Positions 1 to 8,105 of a stretch of DNA of 16,784 nucleotides are shown one piece after another. The notes beneath the pieces are model-generated. The model saw only the letters and a list, made by a program, of their open reading frames with translations. It was not told where the DNA came from and did no database searches. Source of the stretch: Chlamydiota bacterium (lineage in GTDB: Bacteria > Chlamydiota > Chlamydiia > Chlamydiales > SM23-39); NCBI GenBank assembly GCA_050049995.1, contig JASFVE010000040.1, forward strand, positions 1-16,784. The letters run 5' to 3'. How positions within the stretch are numbered: position 1 is the first letter of the stretch; every line of letters starts with the position of its first letter. A program made the position numbers and the translations under genes.

Positions 1-2
1 AC

Positions 3-761
3 TTAAAAACAGCTGAAGAAATCAATCAATACTATGACGTGATTAATGCAGCAGGTGTTTTTTTTCACTTAGAAGAATTGCATTCAGTGACTGAAGCTAT
101 TAAGCGTTTTTTAAAAAAAGACGGCGTTTTTGTTGTGCAGTTTATATATATGAAAGGCATCATGGAAAATATTGCATTTGATCAGATTTATCATGAGCAT
201 TTGCTTTATTATACTCTAAAAACACTCAATACTCTTTTAAAGAGACATGGACTCGAGCTTTTTGACGCTGAGCTCATGTCTATTCATGGAGGCTCCATTA
301 TGGGTTATGTATCACATAAAGGAGCAAAGCAAAAAACAGATAGGCTGGAAAACTTAATAAGAAAAGAAGAAATTGACAAAACTAATGATCTAAGTACTTA
401 TTTGAAATTTGCTAAAAATATTGAGGAACTGAAACAAAAAAATCTGACTTTTTTACATAAATGCAAGGAGCAAAATAAAAAAGTATTTGGCATGGGAGCT
501 CCTGTAAAAGGTAATACCCTACTTAACTACTTCAAAATTGGATCTAACTTATTAGATTGTTTAGTAGAAAAAAATGAGCTGCGAAAAAATCTTTACAGCC
601 CGGGAATGCACCTTCCTATATATATTGAAAAAGAGTTAGCCTCCCCTCCCGACGTTTATTATGTCCTTGCCTGGAACTTTAAAACAGAAATATTAAAGAA
701 CAACCAACATCTGATTAATAAAGGTGTCGAATTTTATTTTCCTATTAACTTAGAGGTGTAG
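3..761 (+). CDS. NDP-hexose C-methyltransferase (class I SAM-dependent, C-methyltransferase C-terminal domain), 5'-truncated by the window edge
   Basis: Frame is open from position 3 (LKTAEEINQYYDVINAAGVFFHLEE), so the GTG at 39 is not the true start. Motifs FDQIYHEHLLYY, IHGGS, GAPVKGNTLLNY and PDVYYVLAWNF match TylC3/EryBIII/NovU-type sugar C-methyltransferases. Confidence 0.88.
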   Translation, partial: LKTAEEINQYYDVINAAGVFFHLEELHSVTEAIKRFLKKDGVFVVQFIYMKGIMENIAFDQIYHEHLLYYTLKTLNTLLKRHGLELFDAELMSIHGGSIMGYVSHKGAKQKTDRLENLIRKEEIDKTNDLSTYLKFAKNIEELKQKNLTFLHKCKEQNKKVFGMGAPVKGNTLLNYFKIGSNLLDCLVEKNELRKNLYSPGMHLPIYIEKELASPPDVYYVLAWNFKTEILKNNQHLINKGVEFYFPINLEV

Positions 762-1679
762 ATGAGAGTATTTGTTACAGGTGCTAGTGGATTTTTAGGA
801 AAATTTTTGACGCGTAGCCTAAAGGAAAAAGGCCATGATGTTCATGGGATTTCTTCAAAAGATTGCGATTTGACGAAAAGAAAGGATCTTTTTTCTATTA
901 CAGAATCCTATGATCTAATCTTTCATTTAGCCGCTTGGACTCAGGCGGGAGACTTTTGTCTTTATCATCCAGCTGAGCAATGGGTAATTAATCAAAAGAT
1001 CAATACACATGTTTTAGATTGGTGGCATGAGAGGCAGCCTCAAGCTAAACTTATTTGTATGGGAACTAGCTGTTCTTATGATCCCAAAATGCCTCTTATT
1101 GAAAAGAACTATATGCAAGGAGAGCCAATAGACTCTTTGTATACATATGCTATGACAAAAAGGATGTTGTTATGTGGTCTTAAAGCTATGCAAAAGCAAT
1201 ATGGTCACAACTACCTATATGTAATCCCCTCTACATTATATGGACCTTCCTATCATTTAGACGGAAGGCAGATGCATTTTATTTTCGACCTGATACGTAA
1301 AGTAATAAGAGGCCATTTATATAATGAACCAGTAGTCTTATGGGGAGATGGAGAGCAGAAAAGAGAAATTATTCATGTTGAAGATTTCGTGGCAATCCTC
1401 ATAAACCTATCTCAAAGTATTTCTAATGATGAAGTAAATATTGGATCAGGAAAGGAGTATAGCATACGAGAATTTGCTAATAAGATCTGCCAGCATGTAG
1501 GATTTAATTTCGAGAAGATCCAGTTTGATACTACTAAATATGTTGGAGCGCGCTCTAAAATATTATCTGTTGAAAAATTAACTAATTTATATAAGAACAT
1601 TCCTATGAAGCCAATTGATCAAGGACTAAAAGAAGTCATTGACTGGTTTATAACTAATAAAGAAACATTACTATCATGA
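762..1679 (+). CDS. GDP-L-fucose synthase-like (Fcl/WcaG) NAD(P)-dependent epimerase/reductase, extended SDR
   Basis: GASGFLG Rossmann motif; TSCSY (compare Fcl SSCIY); catalytic YAMTK (YxxxK); MHFIF (compare Fcl SHVIP); WGDGEQKREIIHVED. ATG directly abuts the upstream stop. Confidence 0.85.
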   Translation: MRVFVTGASGFLGKFLTRSLKEKGHDVHGISSKDCDLTKRKDLFSITESYDLIFHLAAWTQAGDFCLYHPAEQWVINQKINTHVLDWWHERQPQAKLICMGTSCSYDPKMPLIEKNYMQGEPIDSLYTYAMTKRMLLCGLKAMQKQYGHNYLYVIPSTLYGPSYHLDGRQMHFIFDLIRKVIRGHLYNEPVVLWGDGEQKREIIHVEDFVAILINLSQSISNDEVNIGSGKEYSIREFANKICQHVGFNFEKIQFDTTKYVGARSKILSVEKLTNLYKNIPMKPIDQGLKEVIDWFITNKETLLS

Positions 1680-2860
1680 AATCGGATGTCCTAATTATCG
1701 GGGCTGGTATTGTTGGCCTTGCTACGGCTTATCAGATATTAAACAAGAATCCTAACTTAACTGTTCATATACTAGATAAAGAGTGTAAAGCAGCTTTACA
1801 CCAAACTTCTAGAAATAGTGGAGTGATTCACTCAGGGATTTATTACAAGCCCGGCTCTTTGAAAGCGAAAAACTGCCTTGAGGGGAAGAAAGCAATCCTT
1901 TCATTTTGTGAACAAAAAAATATTCCCTTTAGAAAAGTAGGTAAGATCATTGTTGCTACGCAAAAAAATGAATTACCTCTTCTTGAAGAGTTGTATCAAA
2001 GAGGGATGGCTAATGGCCTTTCTATAGAGAACATTGGTCCAGAAAAAATAAAAGAGATAGAACCTCATGCACATGCTTTAAAAGCAATATGGGTGCCTGA
2101 ATGTTCTATTGTCAGTTATGGAAAGATTGCGAGCAATCTTTGTGAGGACTTAAAAGAAAAGGGGGCAGAATTTTTCTTTAATAGTAAGGTTGTATCAATT
2201 ACTCATGATAATGATTTAGTTAGAGTTATTACTCACAAAGAAGAATTTATTACTAAACAATTGATTAATTGTGCTGGTTTATATTCAGATAGTTTAGTTC
2301 CCAAAAAATTCCGTAAAAACTTTCAGATCATTCCTTTTAGAGGTGAATATTTTGAGCTGGAGTCTAGTCGAAAAAACTTAGTGAAAGGATTAATCTATCC
2401 AGTAAAAGATCCTAGATTTCCTTTTTTAGGTGTCCATTTAACTAGGATGATTAATGGAAAAGTAGAAGCAGGACCAAATGCTGTCTTAGCGATGGCAAGA
2501 GAAGCTTATAAGAAAACCGATTTTAACTTGAATGAGTTTATCCAAACGCTTTCTTTTCCAGGGTTTTGGAAAATGGCCTTTAATTATTGGAACATTGGCT
2601 TATATGAAATGTACCGATCATTTTCTAAGCAAGCTTTTGTTAAAGACTTGCAAAAACTGATCCCTGAGATTACTAAAAATGACCTCATTCCTACAAAATC
2701 AGGAATAAGGGCTCAAGTAGTGTTAAAAAGTGGTCAGCTTCCAGACGATTTTATTTTCATAAATGAACAAAATATTTTACATGTTGTTAATGCTCCTTCG
2801 CCAGCAGCCACAGCTTCATTTGCCATTGGAAAGCACTTAGCCAATTTAGTTTTCCCATGA
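1676..2860 (+). CDS. lhgO: L-2-hydroxyglutarate oxidase/dehydrogenase (FAD-dependent)
   Basis: IIGAGIVG FAD motif, HQTSRNSGVIHSGIYYKPGSLKA, PFRGEY, PFLGVHLTR, GIRAQ and NAPSPAATAS are characteristic of LhgO. ATGA overlap with the upstream gene. Confidence 0.92.
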   Translation: MKSDVLIIGAGIVGLATAYQILNKNPNLTVHILDKECKAALHQTSRNSGVIHSGIYYKPGSLKAKNCLEGKKAILSFCEQKNIPFRKVGKIIVATQKNELPLLEELYQRGMANGLSIENIGPEKIKEIEPHAHALKAIWVPECSIVSYGKIASNLCEDLKEKGAEFFFNSKVVSITHDNDLVRVITHKEEFITKQLINCAGLYSDSLVPKKFRKNFQIIPFRGEYFELESSRKNLVKGLIYPVKDPRFPFLGVHLTRMINGKVEAGPNAVLAMAREAYKKTDFNLNEFIQTLSFPGFWKMAFNYWNIGLYEMYRSFSKQAFVKDLQKLIPEITKNDLIPTKSGIRAQVVLKSGQLPDDFIFINEQNILHVVNAPSPAATASFAIGKHLANLVFP

Positions 2861-3531
2861 AGAAATCTTTGCCATTATTAAATGAGAAAGTTACAAAATG
2901 CGAACTTTGTCCTCGATTGGTAAAATATCGAGAGTCAGTAGAGCCTAGAAAAGCATTTAGAGACCAAACTTACTGGAAAAAACCTGTTCCGGGTTTTGGA
3001 GATCCAAAAGCACAGCTATTAATTATAGGACTTGCCCCTTCTGCGCATGGTGGAAATCGTACAGGAAGAATATTTACAGGAGATCTATCAGGAGATTTTC
3101 TATTTAAAGCTCTTTATCAAGAAGGTTTTGCCAATCAAGCACTATCTCGAGATAAAAGTGACGGCTTGGAACTGATTAACGCTTATATAACAGCTGCAGT
3201 TAAGTGTGCACCCCCTAATAATAAGCCTACAGCTTTAGAAAAAAGGACCTGTTTCCAATATTTAACCCAAGAAATGAGATTGCTTTCTAATGTAAAAGCT
3301 ATTCTTACGTTAGGAAGATTTGCATTTGAAGCTTATTTGGACTTTTTGAAAAGTGTAGGCCAAAATGTAAAAGGACTTACTTTTGATCATGGAAAAAAAT
3401 ATCACTTCAAAAATATGCCTTCTCTTTTTTGCGCCTATCACCCAAGTCCACAAAATACTAATACTAGAAAATTGACTATGCAGCAATTTTGTGCGGTTTT
3501 AAGTGGTTTAAACGCCTTTTTAAGAAAGTGA
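2857..3531 (+). CDS. Uracil-DNA glycosylase family 5 (UdgB-type, [4Fe-4S])
   Basis: CELCPRL and KCAPP..C cluster ligands; family-5 motif A GLAPSAHGGNRTGRIFTGD; motif B HPSPQN. ATGA overlap with lhgO. Confidence 0.9.
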   Translation: MKKSLPLLNEKVTKCELCPRLVKYRESVEPRKAFRDQTYWKKPVPGFGDPKAQLLIIGLAPSAHGGNRTGRIFTGDLSGDFLFKALYQEGFANQALSRDKSDGLELINAYITAAVKCAPPNNKPTALEKRTCFQYLTQEMRLLSNVKAILTLGRFAFEAYLDFLKSVGQNVKGLTFDHGKKYHFKNMPSLFCAYHPSPQNTNTRKLTMQQFCAVLSGLNAFLRK

Positions 3532-3600
3532 TTGACGGCATATTAGCCAAATCACTAATGTATAAGAGCAGTTTTTATTAATCAAAATTATGAGGTAAAT

Positions 3601-3747
3601 ATGTTAAAAAAAGCTCTACTTACTCTTTGTGCTTTCAGTTTTTTAGCTGCTTTTAACGGCTATGCTGATGAATGTGACAAAGACGTTGCAAAAAACGATG
3701 AACCGACTACTGTAGAGCAACCTGCAACACCAGACGGTGAAGAGTAG
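3601..3747 (+). CDS. Small 48-aa exported acidic peptide (not in ORF track): MLKKALLTLCAFSFLAAFNGYADECDKDVAKNDEPTTVEQPATPDGEE
   Basis: GAGGT Shine-Dalgarno just upstream of ATG 3601. Sec-type signal (KK, hydrophobic core, G-Y-A cleavage site), TAG at 3745-3747, terminator directly downstream. Confidence 0.75.
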   Translation: MLKKALLTLCAFSFLAAFNGYADECDKDVAKNDEPTTVEQPATPDGEE

Positions 3748-3755
3748 GTCGTATT

Positions 3756-3790
3756 TCTCCCAGTGTTCTAGCGCTGGGAGATCTTTTTTC
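3756..3790 (+). terminator. Rho-independent terminator
   Basis: TCTCCCAGTG-ttctag-CGCTGGGAGA: 10-bp stem with one G-U pair, followed by TCTTTTTT, 8 nt after the small-ORF stop. Confidence 0.8.
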
Positions 3791-3799
3791 AAATAGAGC

Positions 3800-3828
3800 T
3801 TCCAAGAATTTTCTTACATCATTAAGAT
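3800..3828 (+). promoter_or_regulatory. Candidate sigma70/sigma66-type promoter for the gmd operon
   Basis: TTCCAA-N17-TAAGAT between the terminator and the gmd start. Partial consensus match in AT-rich DNA. Confidence 0.3.
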
Positions 3829-3854
3829 AAGGCCTCCTGAAAAAGAGAGGCAAA

Positions 3855-4883
3855 ATGAAGTCAGCATTAGTTACAGGCATTACAGGACAAGATGGCTCTT
3901 ATTTAGCAGAGCTTCTTTTAGAAAAAGGCTATGCAGTCCATGGTCTAATCAGAAGAACTTCCTCCCCAAACTTTGAACGAATTCAACATATTAAAAGTCA
4001 CCCTAACCTTTTTTTACATGAAGGAGACTTAACAGACTCAACGAGTATAAAAAAGGTGATGGAAGCTGCAAGGCCTGATGAAATATATAACTTAGCAGCT
4101 ATGAGCCATGTAAAAACATCTTTTAAGATGCCTGAATATTCAGGAGATGTAAATGGCTTGGGAGTTTTAAGACTTTTAGAAGCAATTTACGCTATTAATC
4201 CTAAAGCAAAATTTTATCAGGCATCAACATCTGAACTTTATGGAAAAGTTCAAACTATTCCTCAAAATGAAACGACCCCTTTTTACCCCAGATCCCCTTA
4301 TGGGGTCAGTAAACTATATGCTTACTGGGCTGTGGTAAATTTTAGAGAGGCTTACGGCCTATATGCTTGTAATGGAATCTTATTTAACCATGAAAGCCCT
4401 AGAAGAGGAGAAAACTTTGTTTCTAAAAAAATTACACTTGCTGTGGCTAAAATTGCAAAAGGTCAGCAAGACAAGCTTATTCTAGGGAATCTTGGAGCTA
4501 AAAGAGATTGGGGATTTGCTAAAGATTACGTAGAAGGAATGTGGTTGATGTTGCAACAAGATGTGGCTGAAGACTTTGTATTGGCAACTGGAAAAACTAC
4601 TACTGTCAGAGAATTTGTGGAGCTTTCTTTTAAAGAAGTTGGGATAGACATTATTTGGCAAGGGAAAGGTCTTGAAGAAAAAGGAATAGATAAAAAAACA
4701 AATAAAGTTTTAGTAGAGGTATCTCCTGAGTTTTTTAGACCTTCTGAAGTGGATTTATTAATTGGTGACCCTCAAAAAGCCAAAGAAAAACTAGGCTGGG
4801 TGGCTAAAACAGGTTTACAAGAATTAGTTAAGCTAATGATTGCAGATGATATTAAACATGCCCAAGAAATGCAGTTTGCTTAA
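3855..4883 (+). CDS. gmd: GDP-mannose 4,6-dehydratase
   Basis: [83 protein letters not shown] upstream. Confidence 0.97.
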   Translation: MKSALVTGITGQDGSYLAELLLEKGYAVHGLIRRTSSPNFERIQHIKSHPNLFLHEGDLTDSTSIKKVMEAARPDEIYNLAAMSHVKTSFKMPEYSGDVNGLGVLRLLEAIYAINPKAKFYQASTSELYGKVQTIPQNETTPFYPRSPYGVSKLYAYWAVVNFREAYGLYACNGILFNHESPRRGENFVSKKITLAVAKIAKGQQDKLILGNLGAKRDWGFAKDYVEGMWLMLQQDVAEDFVLATGKTTTVREFVELSFKEVGIDIIWQGKGLEEKGIDKKTNKVLVEVSPEFFRPSEVDLLIGDPQKAKEKLGWVAKTGLQELVKLMIADDIKHAQEMQFA

Positions 4884-5968
4884 TGAGTATTTGTATTGAT
4901 GCAAGAATGTTGCATTCTGCGGGCATTGGGACATATCTAAAAAATATCATACCAAAACTGCAGAAAGCATTTAAGGTTACTGTTTTCCTAAAAAAGGAAG
5001 ACAGCGGGACAATACCTCACTCCACTAAGATTATTGAAAAATATTTCAATGCTTCTATTTATTCAATAAAAGAACAAATGTTTTTTTTTTCAAAAGTTCC
5101 CCAATGCGATATATTTTTCTCTCCTCATTTTAATGTTCCCTTTTTACCTATTCGAGCTAAGAAAAAGGTTGTAACAATTCATGATGTCTATCATTTAGCT
5201 CACTTGAATACATTAAGTTTTCAAGAAAAACTGTATGCACAATGGATGTATAAAAGAGCAGCACATTCTTCAGACCAAGTTATTACTGATTCAGTTTTTT
5301 CTTTAAATGAGCTTTTAAAATACACAAAAGTACCTAAGAAAAAAGTAACAGTAATTTCCTGCGCTGTTGATGTAGAGTTGTTTAAGCCAGCAACTGATAT
5401 ATTGCTAAATCAAGTTATTCAAAACTATAAAATCGACTTTCCTTTTTTTTTATATGTGGGAAATCAAAAGCCACATAAGAACTTAAAAAATTTAATTTTA
5501 GCCTTTCAAAAGCAAGATTTAGAACATCATTTAGTCATCCTAGGAAATAAGAAAAATCTAAAAAATGCCTTTTCCTGCGAGACAGTAATTCAAGATAAAT
5601 TTAAGCACAAAATTCATGTAATAGAAGGGGTAAAAGATCATGAGTTGCCTGTATTTTATCAAATGGCAACAGCGCTGGTGTTCCCTTCCTTTTATGAGGG
5701 TTTTGGTCTTCCTGTATTAGAAGCTATGGCAGTTGGGTGCCCTGTTATTGCATCCAAGGCAGCTAGTATTCCAGAAGTGGGAGGAGAAGCTGCTATGTAT
5801 TTTGATCCTCATGATCCCAGTGAGCTATCTACAAAGTTAAAAATCTTATCTTTCAACAAAGATTTGCAAAAAAACCTTATTGATAAAGGAAAAAAACAGA
5901 TACAAAACTTCTCATGGGAAAAAGCCGCTAAGGAACATATTAAACTTTTTGAAGGGTTACTATCATGA
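4883..5968 (+). CDS. GT4 glycosyltransferase (MtfB/WbdB-like, probably uses a GDP-sugar)
   Basis: IDAR..GIGTY, VTIHD, YVGNQKPHKN and FPSFYEGFGLPVLEAMAVGCPVI (EX7E). TAATG overlap with gmd. Confidence 0.9.
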   Translation: MSICIDARMLHSAGIGTYLKNIIPKLQKAFKVTVFLKKEDSGTIPHSTKIIEKYFNASIYSIKEQMFFFSKVPQCDIFFSPHFNVPFLPIRAKKKVVTIHDVYHLAHLNTLSFQEKLYAQWMYKRAAHSSDQVITDSVFSLNELLKYTKVPKKKVTVISCAVDVELFKPATDILLNQVIQNYKIDFPFFLYVGNQKPHKNLKNLILAFQKQDLEHHLVILGNKKNLKNAFSCETVIQDKFKHKIHVIEGVKDHELPVFYQMATALVFPSFYEGFGLPVLEAMAVGCPVIASKAASIPEVGGEAAMYFDPHDPSELSTKLKILSFNKDLQKNLIDKGKKQIQNFSWEKAAKEHIKLFEGLLS

Positions 5969-7077
5969 AACTTGCGCTAGTAAACGATTGGTTAATGTCG
6001 GGAATAGGTGGATCAGAAAAAGTACTACAAGCAATATGTGAAATTTTTGATCCCCCATTATTTACGTTAGTATCTGATCCTAAAAATTTACAGGACACCT
6101 TCTTTGAAAAAGTAGAAATCCATAATTCTTTTGTACAAAAACTTCCCTTTTCCAAGAAAAAATACAGAAACTATCTTCCCTTTTTCCCCATGGCAATAGA
6201 GCAGTTTAATTTATCTACATACGACGTAGTTCTATCTTGTTCTCATTCTGTTGCAAAAGGGGCGCTGACAAATTCAGAACAGCTACATATTTGTTATTGT
6301 TATACCCCAATTAGATATGCTTGGGATCTGTACTATCAATACTTAAGCGAATCTAAGTTAGAAAAAGGGCTAAAAGCAAAATTAGCGAAATTTTTTTTAC
6401 ATTATGTACGTATGTGGGACATCCAGAGTGCCTCTAGAGTGGATGAGTATGTTGCAATTTCTCATTTTATTGCTAAAAGAATACAGAAAATTTATGGAAA
6501 GCCAGCGTCTGTTATTTACCCTCCTGTAAATACCGAGTATTTTTCTTTCTGTTCAAAGAAGGAAAATTACTATGTAACAGCCTCAAGATTCGTGCCTTAT
6601 AAGAAAATTGACATGATTGTCGAAGCATTTTCCAAAATACCTCATTTAAAGCTTATTGTTATCGGAGATGGACCGGATAGGAAAAAAATTGAAAGAAAAG
6701 CTGGCAAAAATGTGGAACTATTAGGCCAATTATCAGATTTAGAGCTTAAACAGTACCTGCAAAAAGCAAAAGCATTTGTGTTTGCAGCTATTGAAGATTT
6801 TGGGATTCTTCCGCTAGAAGCACAAAGCTGTGGAACTCCTGTTATTGCTTTAAAAAAAGGAGGGGTAAAAGAAACTGTTATTGAAAATGTAACGGGTATT
6901 TTTTTCGAAGAGCAAAATGTAGAAAGCTTAATACAAGCAGTTCATAAGTTTGAAAAAAAACAAGACATTTTTGATTTGAACAAAATAAGAGAGCATGCAA
7001 AAGGATTTTGTGTTGACCGTTTTAAAAGAGAAATGGAAGAATTCGTTTTACAAAAATATTTTGAATTTTCTACATAA
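5965..7077 (+). CDS. GT4 glycosyltransferase (WbaZ-like mannosyltransferase)
   Basis: DWL..GGSEKVL, HICYCYTPIRYAWDLY, SRFVPYKKID, EDFGILPLEAQSCGTPVIA. ATGA overlap with the upstream GT. Confidence 0.9.
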   Translation: MKLALVNDWLMSGIGGSEKVLQAICEIFDPPLFTLVSDPKNLQDTFFEKVEIHNSFVQKLPFSKKKYRNYLPFFPMAIEQFNLSTYDVVLSCSHSVAKGALTNSEQLHICYCYTPIRYAWDLYYQYLSESKLEKGLKAKLAKFFLHYVRMWDIQSASRVDEYVAISHFIAKRIQKIYGKPASVIYPPVNTEYFSFCSKKENYYVTASRFVPYKKIDMIVEAFSKIPHLKLIVIGDGPDRKKIERKAGKNVELLGQLSDLELKQYLQKAKAFVFAAIEDFGILPLEAQSCGTPVIALKKGGVKETVIENVTGIFFEEQNVESLIQAVHKFEKKQDIFDLNKIREHAKGFCVDRFKREMEEFVLQKYFEFST

Positions 7078-7079
7078 TC

Positions 7080-8105
7080 ATGAAGCTTATTATTTTAGCA
7101 GGTGGCAAAGGAAAAAGGCTTTGGCCCTTTTCAAAGGAGACTTTTCCTAAACAGTTTTTAAAATTTGAAGAAGATGGTTCACTTTTACAAAAAACCATCC
7201 AACGTTTTTCTTCTATTTTATCTGAAAAAGATATTGTTATTTCTACTAATGAAGCTTATGCAGTTTTAGTTAAAAAGCAATTAGGCTCACTTACACCCCA
7301 TATTGTTGTAGAACCAGAAGGAAAGAATACAGCTCCGGCTATAGCTCTATCAGTAAAGTATATTCAAGAAAAAATGAACCTAGAGCCCAATGAGCCTATA
7401 TTAGTCATCCCTTCAGATCATTTTATTGAGCCTGAAGAAGTTTTTTTGTCTTACTTGTTTAAAGCGAGCAATTCAAAAGGGAGCAAAGGTTACCTCATAA
7501 CATTTGGTATAAAACCAACAAGGGCTGAAACTGGTTATGGCTATATAGAATCTGGTTCAAAAATTGACAAGTCCATTTACCAAGTAGAGCGGTTTATTGA
7601 AAAGCCACCTTTAAAAGCAGCAAAACAATACATTAGAGAGACTAACTTTTATTGGAATTCCGGAATGTTTTTATTTTCTTTAGCTACTTTTTCTAAAGAA
7701 TTAGAAAAATATGCACCTGATATTTTTCAGCAATTTTTATCTTCGTTTGAAACTATGCAAAGTAACTTTTCCAATATGCCTTCTATTTCATTTGATTTTG
7801 CATTAATGGAAAAAACAACTAGAGCTCTAGTATGTCCTATGGATGTTAACTGGTCTGATGTAGGTTCATGGGACAGTGTTTATGACGTTATGCCAAAGGA
7901 TTTAAACCAAAATGTAAAGATTGGCAATGTTGTGACCATTGACACTAAAAATAGCTTAATTATTGGGAATAAAAAACTAGTTTCTACACTGGGACTTAAA
8001 GACATTATTTTTATTGAAACGGATGATGCTATTTTTCTATCTAAGAAAGGTAAGTCACAAGAAGTTAGAAAAGTTGTAAATCAATTACCTAAGGTACAAA
8101 ACTAA
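7080..8105 (+). CDS. manC: Mannose-1-phosphate guanylyltransferase (GMP domain only, no C-terminal cupin isomerase)
   Basis: ILAGGKGKRLWPFS..PKQF, EPEGKNTAPAI, PSDH, ETGYGYI, FIEKP, WNSGMF, WSDVGSW. Ends at 341 aa, before the cupin domain of bifunctional ManC. Confidence 0.92.
   Translation: MKLIILAGGKGKRLWPFSKETFPKQFLKFEEDGSLLQKTIQRFSSILSEKDIVISTNEAYAVLVKKQLGSLTPHIVVEPEGKNTAPAIALSVKYIQEKMNLEPNEPILVIPSDHFIEPEEVFLSYLFKASNSKGSKGYLITFGIKPTRAETGYGYIESGSKIDKSIYQVERFIEKPPLKAAKQYIRETNFYWNSGMFLFSLATFSKELEKYAPDIFQQFLSSFETMQSNFSNMPSISFDFALMEKTTRALVCPMDVNWSDVGSWDSVYDVMPKDLNQNVKIGNVVTIDTKNSLIIGNKKLVSTLGLKDIIFIETDDAIFLSKKGKSQEVRKVVNQLPKVQN

Noticed and set aside
39..41. GTG start given by the ORF track for the first gene
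   Set aside because: The frame is open to the window edge and the N-terminal domains of the family are missing, so the gene begins upstream.
1412..1600. 62-aa minus-strand ORF
   Set aside because: Antisense shadow inside the fcl-like gene; no motif.
3532..3566. TTGACG as the -35 of the small-ORF promoter
   Set aside because: No good -10 at 16-18 bp spacing; TATAAG is 23 bp away. Not supportable.
5940..6155. 71-aa minus-strand ORF
   Set aside because: Antisense to two well-supported GT4 genes.
7080..8105. manC as a truncated pseudogene
   Set aside because: Monofunctional GMPs of this length are common, all motifs are intact, and no cupin remnant follows the stop.
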